Counted from the stretch's first letter, positions 1 to 8,581 are shown. The stretch is DNA of 43,794 bases from Thermomicrobiales bacterium (GCA_038230615.1 JBBRMX010000001.1:1-43794); one strand, 5' to 3'. The notes: a model not told the origin generated them from the sequence alone. Program-made: numbers and translations.

Positions 1-2058
1 GATACCGGACGCACGGCGCGTCTGCCCGCTGGCGGTGAAGATACGCGTCGGGTCCTGGTCTTTCACGATACGCTGCGTGCTGTCGAACAATGTCCCCATG
101 TTGGCATCGCCCCATCCCTGCGCGATTCCCGGCAGGGTGTCATTGGCGGCGACGCCCGTGAGATACCGGGGTGCATTGAGCATGTAGGCTTTGAGCATCG
201 CAGGACTTGGGGTGGTACCGTAAGTGCGCTGGTAGTAGTTGTAGAGTAGTGATGCGACTCCCGCGACGGCGGGCGCGGAGTGGCTCGTACCGCTCGACCA
301 CGCATAGAGTGTTTGTCCATTGGGGTGATACTTATTGCTGACACCGCTGCCGTTATACCCGGGGTCTTGCGATGCAGGCCCTTGGATATGGGTGCCGGGG
401 GCGACAATATCGGGTTTCGCCCGCCCGTCTGCGGTAGGGCCGCGTGAGGAAAACGTGGCGATGTCGTCCGCGTTGTTCGCCGCACTGATATTCGAGCCAT
501 CAGCGACGCCTTCTTCGCGCACATTTTCTGTCGCACCGACGGTCAAGACATTCTTCGCAGTGCCGGGGGAACCGACAGTGCCGCCGCCCTGTCTGCCGTC
601 ATTGCCCGCCGAGAAGACATGCAGCACTTCCTGATTGCCTCCGGTCGCGGTGGACGCGTCCCGCGTGAGGGCATCATATTGGTATGCATCGGTGTCATAC
701 GCGCCAAAAGACGACGATCCCCAACTGTTCGAGGTGATTCGCGCCCCGGCAGCATATGCGGCACCGACCGTCCCAGCGTTCGTACCGCCGCATGCACTCT
801 CATTAAATCCACCGTTATTATTTTTGAAGATTTTTACATTGATGAGTGTGCCGTACGGCGAGATACCGAGACCGTAGTGATACCCGTTAGTGTCGGTGTA
901 GGCGGTACCGGCGAGGTTGTTGTAGCCACTGACAATGCCCGCGTTCAGGTTGCCGTGTCCGTCCTGCCCGTCGGGGGCGGCGTCGGTCGTGCAGTTTACT
1001 GCCGCAACGACGCGGGAGGTTCCGGGGCGCACCCCGTTCGTATAAAAGTCGGGGTGGAGTGGATTGACGGTGCCATCGTCTACGCCGTCGTCCACGATCG
1101 CAACGGGCGGGTAACTGCTTGTGGTCGTCGGGAAGCCTTTCGATGCCAGCCACGCGAGATAGCCGGTGCTGTTCGTCGGAACGATATTCCCGCCGCTGAC
1201 AACGATATTCCCGGCGAGAATTTCCCCTTGTGCCTCGTCGTTTTTGCGCGGCGCATTGTACGGCTCGATGTTAAATACGTCCGGCTCCGCCGCGATCTGT
1301 GCCACATCCGCTACCGGGACCGTGAGAGAGATGTTTGTAAAGTTCAGCACGTCCCGTGTGTCACGCCGTACCGCGCCGCGCGTTCGCAGTCGGGTGAGTG
1401 ATGACGGAGTCGTTGCAGTACGGTAAAACTGCACCGTCACGTCAATCGTCGTCCCCGGTTTGAGGTTTTGCAGGGTGGGGGCGATGCGGTAATCGGGGTG
1501 GTACGCGCCTGTAAACTGAATCGTCGGGTCGCGTTGCGCGGACTGTTCCAATTGCGCGAGTTGCCCGCCATCGAGCCAGATGACGTAGGCATTCTCCGGC
1601 ATATATTGGACAATCTCGATGCCTTGTTTCCGTAGGGCGTCGAGCCACTGCGGCAACACCGGCCCGACAAACTGCACGAGCCAGAACTGCTTGCCGCTCG
1701 TCTTGTTCTGCGCGATGCGGGGCGTGGGTTGCGGCGCGGTCTTCGTGGTGGTTGTCGTTGCGGTTGTGAGGGACTGGTTTCGCAAGATGATCGTGTCATA
1801 GTGTTGCGTGCTATGGATGCTTGCGGGGATCGCGGTGCGTGCGGCGGCGGCTTGCGCGGGGGCGGTGCGCCAGAGCGAGAACGCGCCGTAGTTGACGAGC
1901 AGGGTCGCGCCGCTTTTCTGGATGGCTTGCACCGCCGCCGCGTCCGCATTGTCAACGACAACTTTTTGTCCGTCGTCTGCAGCGACTGCGCCAGACCACG
2001 GGAACGATCCCCCGATGAGCATTGCTACGAGTATCCAGATTGCCCACTTCGTCCGCAC
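1..2058 (-). CDS. S8 family subtilisin-like serine peptidase, secreted. The C-terminus runs off the left edge of the window.
   Basis: Absent from the ORF track because it is open-ended. My minus-strand translation from GTG at 2058..2056 (AAGGA about 9 nt upstream) gives a signal peptide, VRTKWAIWILVAMLIGGSFPWSGAVAADD. It then shows the subtilase triad in Asp-His-Ser order: VAIVDDGVDD, DGHGNLNAGIV, SNSWG (oxyanion Asn) and SGTSHSAPAVAGV. The frame stays open for all 686 codons down to position 1. Confidence 0.9.
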   Translation of the reverse strand, partial: MRTKWAIWILVAMLIGGSFPWSGAVAADDGQKVVVDNADAAAVQAIQKSGATLLVNYGAFSLWRTAPAQAAAARTAIPASIHSTQHYDTIILRNQSLTTATTTTTKTAPQPTPRIAQNKTSGKQFWLVQFVGPVLPQWLDALRKQGIEIVQYMPENAYVIWLDGGQLAQLEQSAQRDPTIQFTGAYHPDYRIAPTLQNLKPGTTIDVTVQFYRTATTPSSLTRLRTRGAVRRDTRDVLNFTNISLTVPVADVAQIAAEPDVFNIEPYNAPRKNDEAQGEILAGNIVVSGGNIVPTNSTGYLAWLASKGFPTTTSSYPPVAIVDDGVDDGTVNPLHPDFYTNGVRPGTSRVVAAVNCTTDAAPDGQDGHGNLNAGIVSGYNNLAGTAYTDTNGYHYGLGISPYGTLINVKIFKNNNGGFNESACGGTNAGTVGAAYAAGARITSNSWGSSSFGAYDTDAYQYDALTRDASTATGGNQEVLHVFSAGNDGRQGGGTVGSPGTAKNVLTVGATENVREEGVADGSNISAANNADDIATFSSRGPTADGRAKPDIVAPGTHIQGPASQDPGYNGSGVSNKYHPNGQTLYAWSSGTSHSAPAVAGVASLLYNYYQRTYGTTPSPAMLKAYMLNAPRYLTGVAANDTLPGIAQGWGDANMGTLFDSTQRIVKDQDPTRIFTASGQTRRASGI

Positions 2059-2168
2059 GTTTGTCTATCCTTTAGTGTATATCTCAAGCGGGAAGAGTAT
2101 CGCACGATGTGTAGATTGTGCAAAGAGCGCGGAGACCGGATGTCAAGAATGCAGCAGTACCGCCCGAA

Positions 2169-2384
2169 TTATAGGCGATAGCGGGAGAAATCGCGGTCAC
2201 TGCGGGTACTGATCGTCGCGCCGATAGCAGGGGCGCAGTTGGCGAGGGTGTACCCGACGGTTTTGCAGGCATCGAACCCGCCGTTATCGCCGCACGCGGG
2301 GCTATCGGTGCCGTTTTTCGCATCAACCTATAACGTAACAGCGGCATGAGCGATGCGGGGGAGTAGGAACAGCGAGAGCATCAC
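2169..2384 (-). pseudogene. Decayed N-terminal stub of a secreted right-handed beta-helix-type protein: a signal peptide, an in-frame TAG, then 52 codons
   Basis: Minus-strand frame reads (V)MLSLFLLPRIAHAAVTL, then TAG at 2330..2328, then VDAKNGTDSPACGDNGGFDACKTVGYTLANCAPAIGATISTRSDRDFSRYRL, then TAA at 2171..2169. Third codon positions are strongly G/C, which is a coding signature. The VDAxNGxDxxxCG....C.T(V/I)xYAL pattern resembles the start of pectate-lyase-fold proteins, but the ORF ends after about 70 codons. No convincing Shine-Dalgarno motif. Confidence 0.4.
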
Positions 2385-2488
2385 TGCAGGGTGGAAACCG
2401 TGGAATCTCGCCCACCTTGCACCACATCTGCACGCCGTCCGCTCACACGCGTATGGTGTTCAAACAAAACGTTGGGCATTGCACACGA

Positions 2489-3580
2489 TTAGCCTGCGCT
2501 GGGAAGCAGGTGCAACCGTCCGGGTGGCAAGCACACCGTGAGCGTGTCACCCGTGCGGATGCCCGCATCGGCGGGAGCGAGTACGGTCAACAGGGTGTCG
2601 CCGCACCGGAGCATCAGTTGTTGATGCAGACCGAGATATGTCCGCGCGGTGACAGTGCCGCTGATGCGGTTCTGCCCGTCGCCGAGCGTGATGTGTTCCG
2701 GTCGGATTCCGACGAGCATCTCGCCTGCTGCGTCGCCGCCCGCCGGGAGTGCGAATGTGCCGAGCGGCGTCTGTGCGCTCCTGCCGGTAATCGTGGCGGT
2801 AAGCAGGTTCGTCATGCCGAAGAAGCGGGCGACGCTCGGTGTGGCAGGGCGTTCGTAGCATTCGGTGGGCGTGTCGTACTGGCGCAGGCTGCCTCGATGG
2901 AGCACCGCGATGCGGTCCGCAAGCGTCATTGCCTCGGTGCGGTCGTGGGTGACGAGGACCGTCGTGATGCCCTGCGCTGCGTGCAGGTGGGCGATGAGAT
3001 CGCGCATTTCATCGCGCAATGAGGGGTCGAGGCTGCTCAGCGGTTCATCGAGCAGCAGAAGACGTGGTGCGGTGACGAGGGCACGGGCGAGGGCAACCCG
3101 CTGCTGTTGCCCGCCGGAGAGTTGCGCGATTTTGCGCCGTCCGTAGCCTTCCAGTTGCACTTGCACGAGCGCAATGCCGACGCGCTCCGCGACCACTGCA
3201 CGCGGCAACCGCCGCATCTTCAGCCCGAAACCGACATTCGCCGCGACATCGAGATGCGCGAACAGCGTTGGGTGCTGGAAGACCATCACCGCCTCGCGCT
3301 GCTCCGGCGGCACATCGCGCACCGATACGCCATCGAAGCGTACATCGCCCGTGTCCGGCGCGATCAAACCCGCGATCATCCGCAAAGTCGTCGTCTTGCC
3401 GCAACCGGACGGACCGAGCAACGCGACGAGTGAACCGGTCGGCACCCGGAGAGTCATCGCCTCCACTGCCCACTGATCGCCGTACCGCTTGCCGATCCCG
3501 TCGAGATCGAGCGCCACCGCAGATGTGGAGCAAACATCTCCGCGTGCAGCGCGAACAATCGCTTTGTCGGTGGTTGCCAT
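2489..3580 (-). CDS. ABC transporter ATP-binding protein (PotA/CysA/MalK-like, with a C-terminal TOBE-like extension)
   Basis: Walker A LLGPSGCGKTT, signature LSGGQQQRVALARAL, Walker B LLLLDEPLSSLD, H-loop VTHD. Start trimmed to ATG 3580 (MATTDK). Confidence 0.9.
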   Translation of the reverse strand: MATTDKAIVRAARGDVCSTSAVALDLDGIGKRYGDQWAVEAMTLRVPTGSLVALLGPSGCGKTTTLRMIAGLIAPDTGDVRFDGVSVRDVPPEQREAVMVFQHPTLFAHLDVAANVGFGLKMRRLPRAVVAERVGIALVQVQLEGYGRRKIAQLSGGQQQRVALARALVTAPRLLLLDEPLSSLDPSLRDEMRDLIAHLHAAQGITTVLVTHDRTEAMTLADRIAVLHRGSLRQYDTPTECYERPATPSVARFFGMTNLLTATITGRSAQTPLGTFALPAGGDAAGEMLVGIRPEHITLGDGQNRISGTVTARTYLGLHQQLMLRCGDTLLTVLAPADAGIRTGDTLTVCLPPGRLHLLPSAG

Positions 3581-3636
3581 GGTGTGTCGAACCTTCCCGC
3601 ACCGCAATCCGGTATCCCCGGCACCCGGCGCGTACC

Positions 3637-4437
3637 TTATACTCGTCCCGCCGTCGCGTTGCGGTCGCGCAGGGAGCGGGCGGCAATGACAAGCGCGACA
3701 ATTGCCGGGGCGACGAAGACGATCGCAAGAGCCGCCGCGACGGGATTATCGCCGCTACGAGTGAAGGTGTACACCAGCAGCGGCAGCGTCTGCACCTTGC
3801 CGCCGCCGATGATGAGTGTTGTCGTGTACTGGCTCCATGACACCAGAAAAGCGAACAGACCGCCGACTGCCAGACCGGGGCGCAGCATCGGCACCGTGAC
3901 ATGCCAGAATGCCCGCCACGGTGAGGCCCCGAGTGTCCGTGCTTGTTCTTCCGCCTGCGTGCCGATATTCGCCGCCACTCCTGCAACGGAGACCACGACG
4001 TACGGCAGCGCAGGCATGATGTGCGCCAGCACCACGCCGCGTACCGTGTCGGTCAGACCGAGGCGGATGAACAGAATCTGGATGCCCATTGTCACGACGA
4101 GCCCCGGCACGATAAACGGAGCGAGCAGCAGCAATTCCACCGCCCGCTTGCCGCGAAAGGTTGCCCGACCGAGCACGATGCCCGCCGGTGCACCGAGCGC
4201 GAGTGCGGCGGCGGTCGTCAGCAGCGCAATCCCGACGCTGCCTGTGAGCCCGCCGCGTACGCCTGTCGTCGGGGAGACGACGTATCGCCATGCCCGCCAC
4301 CCCCATTCGGACGGCAAGAGTGCCGGCCACCGCCACGCGAATGCCGCCGACCAGACGAACAACGGCATGAGCGGCAGCACGACGAGCAACACCCAGATCG
4401 CGATGACTGCGGTGCGTGCGCCTCGGCGGTCAGTCAT
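3637..4437 (-). CDS. ABC transporter permease (binding-protein-dependent transport inner membrane component)
   Basis: Multiple hydrophobic spans. EAA loop EEQARTLGASPWRAFWHVTVPMLRPG. Lies 4 nt downstream of the preceding permease gene. Confidence 0.85.
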   Translation of the reverse strand: MTDRRGARTAVIAIWVLLVVLPLMPLFVWSAAFAWRWPALLPSEWGWRAWRYVVSPTTGVRGGLTGSVGIALLTTAAALALGAPAGIVLGRATFRGKRAVELLLLAPFIVPGLVVTMGIQILFIRLGLTDTVRGVVLAHIMPALPYVVVSVAGVAANIGTQAEEQARTLGASPWRAFWHVTVPMLRPGLAVGGLFAFLVSWSQYTTTLIIGGGKVQTLPLLVYTFTRSGDNPVAAALAIVFVAPAIVALVIAARSLRDRNATAGRV

Positions 4438-4441
4438 CCTG

Positions 4442-5374
4442 CTACCGCCCCCGTGCGAGCGTGCGACGCGAGAGTGCGCCGTATGCCACGACGAAGACCG
4501 CCGCGACGAAGGTAACGAGCACGCTTACCGCCATCGCTTCCGGTCGCTCGTTGAGGTCTACATCGCTGAACCGCTCGTAGATCCAAACTGAGAGGGCTTT
4601 CGGGTACGTACGTCCCATCACCAGTGGCACATCGAACGACCCGAACGTGAACGCGAAGACGATGAGCGATGCAGACAACATTGCAGGGAGCAGCAACGGC
4701 AGCAGCACATGTCGGAATCGCTGCCACCCCGACGCGCCGAGTGTCCGCGCTGCGTCGTCATACCGCTCCCCAATCCCCGCGAGGGCGGCAAGGAGCAGGA
4801 GCGTGATGAACGGCACTTCTTTCCACACATAGACCAGCACGATGCCGATACCGTACGGGTCTGCCACGAGCAACGGGAAATCGGCGCGGTCGCGCAGTAA
4901 CCCCAGCGCGTGCAGCAAGCGGGCGAGGACGCCGCTTTGCGACACCACGAAGGTGATGCCGAGTGCGCCGACAAGATGTGGAATCGGCAGCGGCAACTGG
5001 AACAGTAGCCGCAACGGGCCGTCCGCATACAGCCGTTGCCGCAGGATCATCGCCAGCCCGGTGCTGCATATGAGAGCCAGCAGCGTGCTGACCGCGGCGA
5101 TTCGCAGTGAAAGCAGTAATGCGCCGATGAAATCGGGGTCGCGCAGCACATCGGCATAATGCCGCAGCGTCAGTTCGGAATCCCCGACAAGCGCGAACGC
5201 GCCGAGGCTCTGCGCGAACGCGAACCCGACCCCGCCGATAAGAAAGAGCGCGACGACTGCAATGGCGGGAAGCAGCGAAAGGAGCAACGAGTAACGAGTA
5301 ACGAACGACGAGCGGCGACGTGTTGCCACAGGTATGACAATCTGCTCGTTTGCTGCGATGCCACGTATACCCAC
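4442..5374 (-). CDS. ABC transporter permease
   Basis: EAA loop DDAARTLGASGWQRFRHVLLPLLLP. Hydrophobic spans. GTG start at 5374 with GAGAGG 7 nt upstream; an in-frame GTG at 5329 is an alternative start. Confidence 0.8.
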   Translation of the reverse strand: MGIRGIAANEQIVIPVATRRRSSFVTRYSLLLSLLPAIAVVALFLIGGVGFAFAQSLGAFALVGDSELTLRHYADVLRDPDFIGALLLSLRIAAVSTLLALICSTGLAMILRQRLYADGPLRLLFQLPLPIPHLVGALGITFVVSQSGVLARLLHALGLLRDRADFPLLVADPYGIGIVLVYVWKEVPFITLLLLAALAGIGERYDDAARTLGASGWQRFRHVLLPLLLPAMLSASLIVFAFTFGSFDVPLVMGRTYPKALSVWIYERFSDVDLNERPEAMAVSVLVTFVAAVFVVAYGALSRRTLARGR

Positions 5375-5411
5375 GCCCGTGCCTCTCTCGTTACGCGCCG
5401 CTCATTCTTCG

Positions 5412-6890
5412 TTACTGTTTCTTGAGGACGTTCGCCGTCCAATCTTTCTCGATGCGGTCTACATAGGCGGCGGGGAGTTCGGGCAGGGCATGCGCCGCGA
5501 GTTCCGCCGTCGGGATTGTCGCCTCGTCGAGCACGATAGATTTGAACGCTGCGCGATCTGTCTCGCTCAGGCGGCTTAGCTCCAGTACCGTGGAATCGCC
5601 GGAGCGCGTCGTTTTTGCCCGTTCGAGTTGCGCGGCAGGCGATTCGAGGAAGTTTGCCAGCACCATCGCACCCTCTTTGTTCTTAGCGTTAAATGGGATG
5701 GCGATGTAGCTCGTGTTTGCCACCGTTCCCGCTTCGAGATAGAAGGAGCGGGCGGTTTTGGGGAACTTGCCCGTTGCGATGCCGACCGATGCGGCAGTCG
5801 GGCTGTAACTCATCGTGAAGTTCACTTCACCGTCCGCAAAGAGTTGGTCGAGCTTCGGTGCGCCTTCAGGGTACGTCGTGCCCTTCTGCCAGAGATACGG
5901 CTTGATGCGGTTGAGATAGTCCCAAGCGGCGGGCGTCTTCTCTTTGAAAACCGCCTCATTGAAGGCGTTGCCGTACTGCATCCACCCGCCGGTGGTCTCA
6001 TAGATGACGTGGCGCACGAAAACGCTGCCCGTGAAATCGGGCGGGGCGGGATAGGTAAACTTGCCGGGATTCGCCTTCAGGTACTCCTCAAGGGCTTTCA
6101 TGGATTTCGGCGGTGTCGGCACCTTTACGGTGTCTGTGACGAAAACGAACTGCGCCCGCGCCCACGGTGCCTCGCGCTCATTGACGGGATAGCCGAAGTC
6201 GTTCTTGATGTTCGGTTCGTCCCAGTTGATGAGCGCGGCGTTCGGAATCGCCTTCGACCACCCGCCATAGACGATGCCCGCCTCCGCGATTGTACGGAAA
6301 TTCTCCCCATTGATCCAGATTAAATCAACGCTGCCGCCGGTGGATTTCCCTGCCTGCTTCTCCGCCAGCACTTTGTTGACGACTTCCACCGTGTCTGTTA
6401 CCGGATTGCGCTTCACTGTGACACCGTAAAGCGTTTGCATTTGCGGGATGACATATTTGTCCAGATAATCGTTGGTCGTCGTGCTGCCGCCATAGAGAAA
6501 CCAGTCCACAGTGCTGCCCTTCGCCTTGGCGAGGATAGCGTCCCATGTCATACCTGCGATCATGCCACCCGATGCCATCGCCGCAGTCGCAGCCGTAGTC
6601 GTCGCCATCGCTGCCGGGGCAGTTGTCGCGGCGGGCGCGGCGGTAGACGCGGTAATCAGTGTAGTTGCTGCGACCGTGGTTGGTGCAGTCGTCGCTGCTG
6701 CAGCGGATGCTGCCGGCGCTGCGGTGCTGGCGGGTCTGGTCGGTACAATCGTCGCCGCTGCCGCTGCGGTCGGCGCAGTGGTCGGTATGGTGGTCGCGGT
6801 GCTGCCTCCGCAGGCGGCGAGGACTGCCGCCCCCGCACTCGCGGCGGCACCGGCAAGAAAGTGGCGTCGAGATACACGGAATACAGCCAT
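5412..6890 (-). CDS. ABC transporter substrate-binding lipoprotein (possibly COG4134/YnjB-like) with a Tat-type signal and a long Ala/Thr/Pro tether
   Basis: N-terminus is MAVFRVSRRHFLAGAAASAGAAVLAACGG (twin-Arg plus lipobox). About 80 aa of A/T/P-rich low complexity follow, then a globular domain (DWFLYGG, IWINGENF). First gene of the 4-gene ABC operon. The family assignment is from memory of the motif only. Confidence 0.8.
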   Translation of the reverse strand: MAVFRVSRRHFLAGAAASAGAAVLAACGGSTATTIPTTAPTAAAAATIVPTRPASTAAPAASAAAATTAPTTVAATTLITASTAAPAATTAPAAMATTTAATAAMASGGMIAGMTWDAILAKAKGSTVDWFLYGGSTTTNDYLDKYVIPQMQTLYGVTVKRNPVTDTVEVVNKVLAEKQAGKSTGGSVDLIWINGENFRTIAEAGIVYGGWSKAIPNAALINWDEPNIKNDFGYPVNEREAPWARAQFVFVTDTVKVPTPPKSMKALEEYLKANPGKFTYPAPPDFTGSVFVRHVIYETTGGWMQYGNAFNEAVFKEKTPAAWDYLNRIKPYLWQKGTTYPEGAPKLDQLFADGEVNFTMSYSPTAASVGIATGKFPKTARSFYLEAGTVANTSYIAIPFNAKNKEGAMVLANFLESPAAQLERAKTTRSGDSTVLELSRLSETDRAAFKSIVLDEATIPTAELAAHALPELPAAYVDRIEKDWTANVLKKQ

Positions 6891-7005
6891 TGTTTGAATC
6901 TCCCATCACCCATACGCCCGGATCATGCGCCGAACGATACGCGATTTCGCCCCCTATGCCAACACTTTACGTCGGATAACGACCCATGGATGTGCGACCT
7001 ATCAA

Positions 7006-7041
7006 ATTGACAATTATCGTATTGATGTATATCATATTGAT
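7006..7041 (+). promoter_or_regulatory. Candidate ars promoter with an overlapping operator
   Basis: TTGACA at 7007..7012, a 17-nt spacer, then TATCAT at 7030..7035. Three ATTGA units sit exactly 15 bp apart (7006, 7021, 7036). The near-palindrome ATCATATTGAT (7031..7041) overlaps the -10 box. This is the only AT-rich patch in the region. Confidence 0.5.
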
Positions 7042-7072
7042 GAAAATGGATGTAAGGGCGGGAGGGGCGAAG

Positions 7073-7789
7073 GTGGTTGCAGGGGTGCGGCAAGGTGTGC
7101 GTATACCGGCGGCGGTCGTGGTAATTGCGCGGAAGTGTCTCGCAAAGGGCGTCGGCACCTTCGCGCTCGTCTTTGCGGGGACGGGCGCGGTGATTATTGA
7201 CGCCACAACCGGCGGGGCGGTCACGCATGTCGGCATCGCGCTCACGTTTGGGTTGGTCATCTTTACAATGATTAGCGCGGTGGGGCATATATCGGGCGCA
7301 CACTTCAACCCGGCAGTGACGCTGGCGTTCGCTTCGGCACGGCATTTCCCGTGGGTGCAGGTCGGGCCGTACATTGCAGCGCAGTGTGCGGGCGCGATCT
7401 GCGCAAGTCTGCTGCTGCGCGGGTTGTTTGGCACGGTCGCGCAGCTCGGCGCGACATCGCCGCGTGGGTCGGACGGGCAATCGCTCGTCATCGAGTTTGT
7501 GCTCACATTTCTGCTGATGTTCGTGATCGTCGCGGTCGCAACCGATACGCGGGCGGTATCGCAGGCGGCGGCATTTGCCATTGGCGGCACCGTGGGGCTG
7601 GAAGCGATGTTTGCGGGGCCGATCAGCGGCGCGAGCATGAATCCCGCCCGTTCACTCGCGCCCGCCCTCGTCAGTGGCACATGGGGATCGTTCTGGGTCT
7701 ATCTTGTTGGTCCGGTGTTCGGCGCGATAGCAGGCGCATGGGTGTATCGCGGTATTCGTTTGGAGGGAACCAATGACAACGACAGCTGA
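7073..7789 (+). CDS. MIP family channel, NIP-like (AqpN/AqpS-type aquaglyceroporin), probably an arsenite channel
   Basis: Two NPA boxes: GHISGAHFNPAVT and GPISGASMNPARS. The VATDTRA segment and overall pattern are typical of nodulin-26-like intrinsic proteins. Start chosen at GTG 7073, with GGAGG (7061..7065) 7 nt upstream; the track start at 6986 would lie inside the promoter. Overlaps arsC by 17 nt. Confidence 0.88.
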   Translation: MVAGVRQGVRIPAAVVVIARKCLAKGVGTFALVFAGTGAVIIDATTGGAVTHVGIALTFGLVIFTMISAVGHISGAHFNPAVTLAFASARHFPWVQVGPYIAAQCAGAICASLLLRGLFGTVAQLGATSPRGSDGQSLVIEFVLTFLLMFVIVAVATDTRAVSQAAAFAIGGTVGLEAMFAGPISGASMNPARSLAPALVSGTWGSFWVYLVGPVFGAIAGAWVYRGIRLEGTNDNDS

Positions 7790-8231
7790 ACCGATCCGGG
7801 TGCTCTTTCTCTGCTCGCACAATAGTGCACGCTCACAGATCGCGGAGGCAGTGCTGCGCGATCTCGGCGGCAATGATTTTGCCGCCTTCAGCGCGGGAAC
7901 CGAAGTTACCCGCGTCCATCCGTTGGCGGTGCGGGTCTTGCAGGCGCACGGCCTTCCCACCGACGGGCTATACTCGAAACATATGCGCGATGTGCTCGGA
8001 CCGCATTTCGATGTCGTCATTACCTTGTGCGACAGCGTCGTTGAGGCTTGCCCGCTCTTCCCCGGCGACACGGAGCGGTATCACTGGTCGTTCCCCGATC
8101 CGTCTGCCGTGGAGGGAACAGAGGAGGAGCGGATGCGGGCATTCGGGGAAATTCGCATCGGGCTGATTCGTCGTCTGAAGCCGTTCATCGAGGCGCAGCG
8201 AAATAAACGGCGCATCACTGCACCCGCATGA
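7773..8231 (+). CDS. arsC: Arsenate reductase, LMW-PTP fold, thioredoxin-coupled type
   Basis: P-loop VLFLCSHNSARSQ (CX5R). The downstream Cys pair TLCDSVVEAC is spaced 7 residues apart, as in the Cys82/Cys89 relay. GGAGG lies 6 nt upstream of the ATG. Confidence 0.9.
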   Translation: MTTTAEPIRVLFLCSHNSARSQIAEAVLRDLGGNDFAAFSAGTEVTRVHPLAVRVLQAHGLPTDGLYSKHMRDVLGPHFDVVITLCDSVVEACPLFPGDTERYHWSFPDPSAVEGTEEERMRAFGEIRIGLIRRLKPFIEAQRNKRRITAPA

Positions 8232-8581
8232 GGGGGGATGCCATGGCACTAGGTAGTGAATCACTGATCGCCCTGCCCCTTGATGATCCGACCTGTGCGC
8301 CACCCATTCCGGTTGTGCGGCCGACACCCACACAACGCGTGCGGTTGCGAGCAATGGCGGACGAGACGCGGCTGACGCTGCTGCTCACCTTGCTCCGTGC
8401 GGACAGCGAGGTTTGTGTCTGCAATCTCGTCCCCGCAGTCGGGGTTGGGCAGGCGACCGTCTCGCATCATCTCAAGGTGCTGCGCGAGGCGGGGTTGGTT
8501 GTCGTCGCACGGCGCGGTATCTGGGCGCACTATGCGGTGCATCCCGACGCAGCCGATTGGTTGCGTTGCGTCTTCGCGTGA
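8228..8581 (+). CDS. arsR: ArsR/SmtB family metalloregulator
   Basis: Winged helix ATVSHHLKVLREAGLV. A CVC metalloid site (EVCVCNL) sits at the start of the recognition region. ATGA overlap with the arsC stop. The in-frame ATG at 8243, preceded by GAGGGGGG, may be the true start. Confidence 0.88.
   Translation: MRGDAMALGSESLIALPLDDPTCAPPIPVVRPTPTQRVRLRAMADETRLTLLLTLLRADSEVCVCNLVPAVGVGQATVSHHLKVLREAGLVVVARRGIWAHYAVHPDAADWLRCVFA

Noticed and set aside
2328-2330. In-frame TAG as programmed readthrough or pyrrolysine
   Set aside because: There is no pyl gene context, no downstream recoding structure that I can see, and the ORF is truncated anyway after 52 more codons. Decay is the simpler explanation.
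2084-2347. 87-aa track ORF MPLLRYRLMRK...
   Set aside because: Its composition looks non-coding. A different frame in the same interval has the GC3 bias and a recognisable protein-like motif (see the pseudogene call).
6560-6810. Repetitive GC-rich stretches (also 37830..38040, 38480..38720 and 42440..42700) as possible CRISPR or tandem repeats
   Set aside because: They have no regular repeat-spacer periodicity. They translate in frame to Ala/Thr/Pro tethers of the binding lipoproteins.
6891-6985. Possible TPP or other riboswitch upstream of the YnjB-like ABC operon
   Set aside because: I read the minus-strand leader. It has no CUGAGA/ACCUGAUCUGGAUAAUGCC-type TPP core or other motif I recognise, only a trivial 4-bp hairpin.
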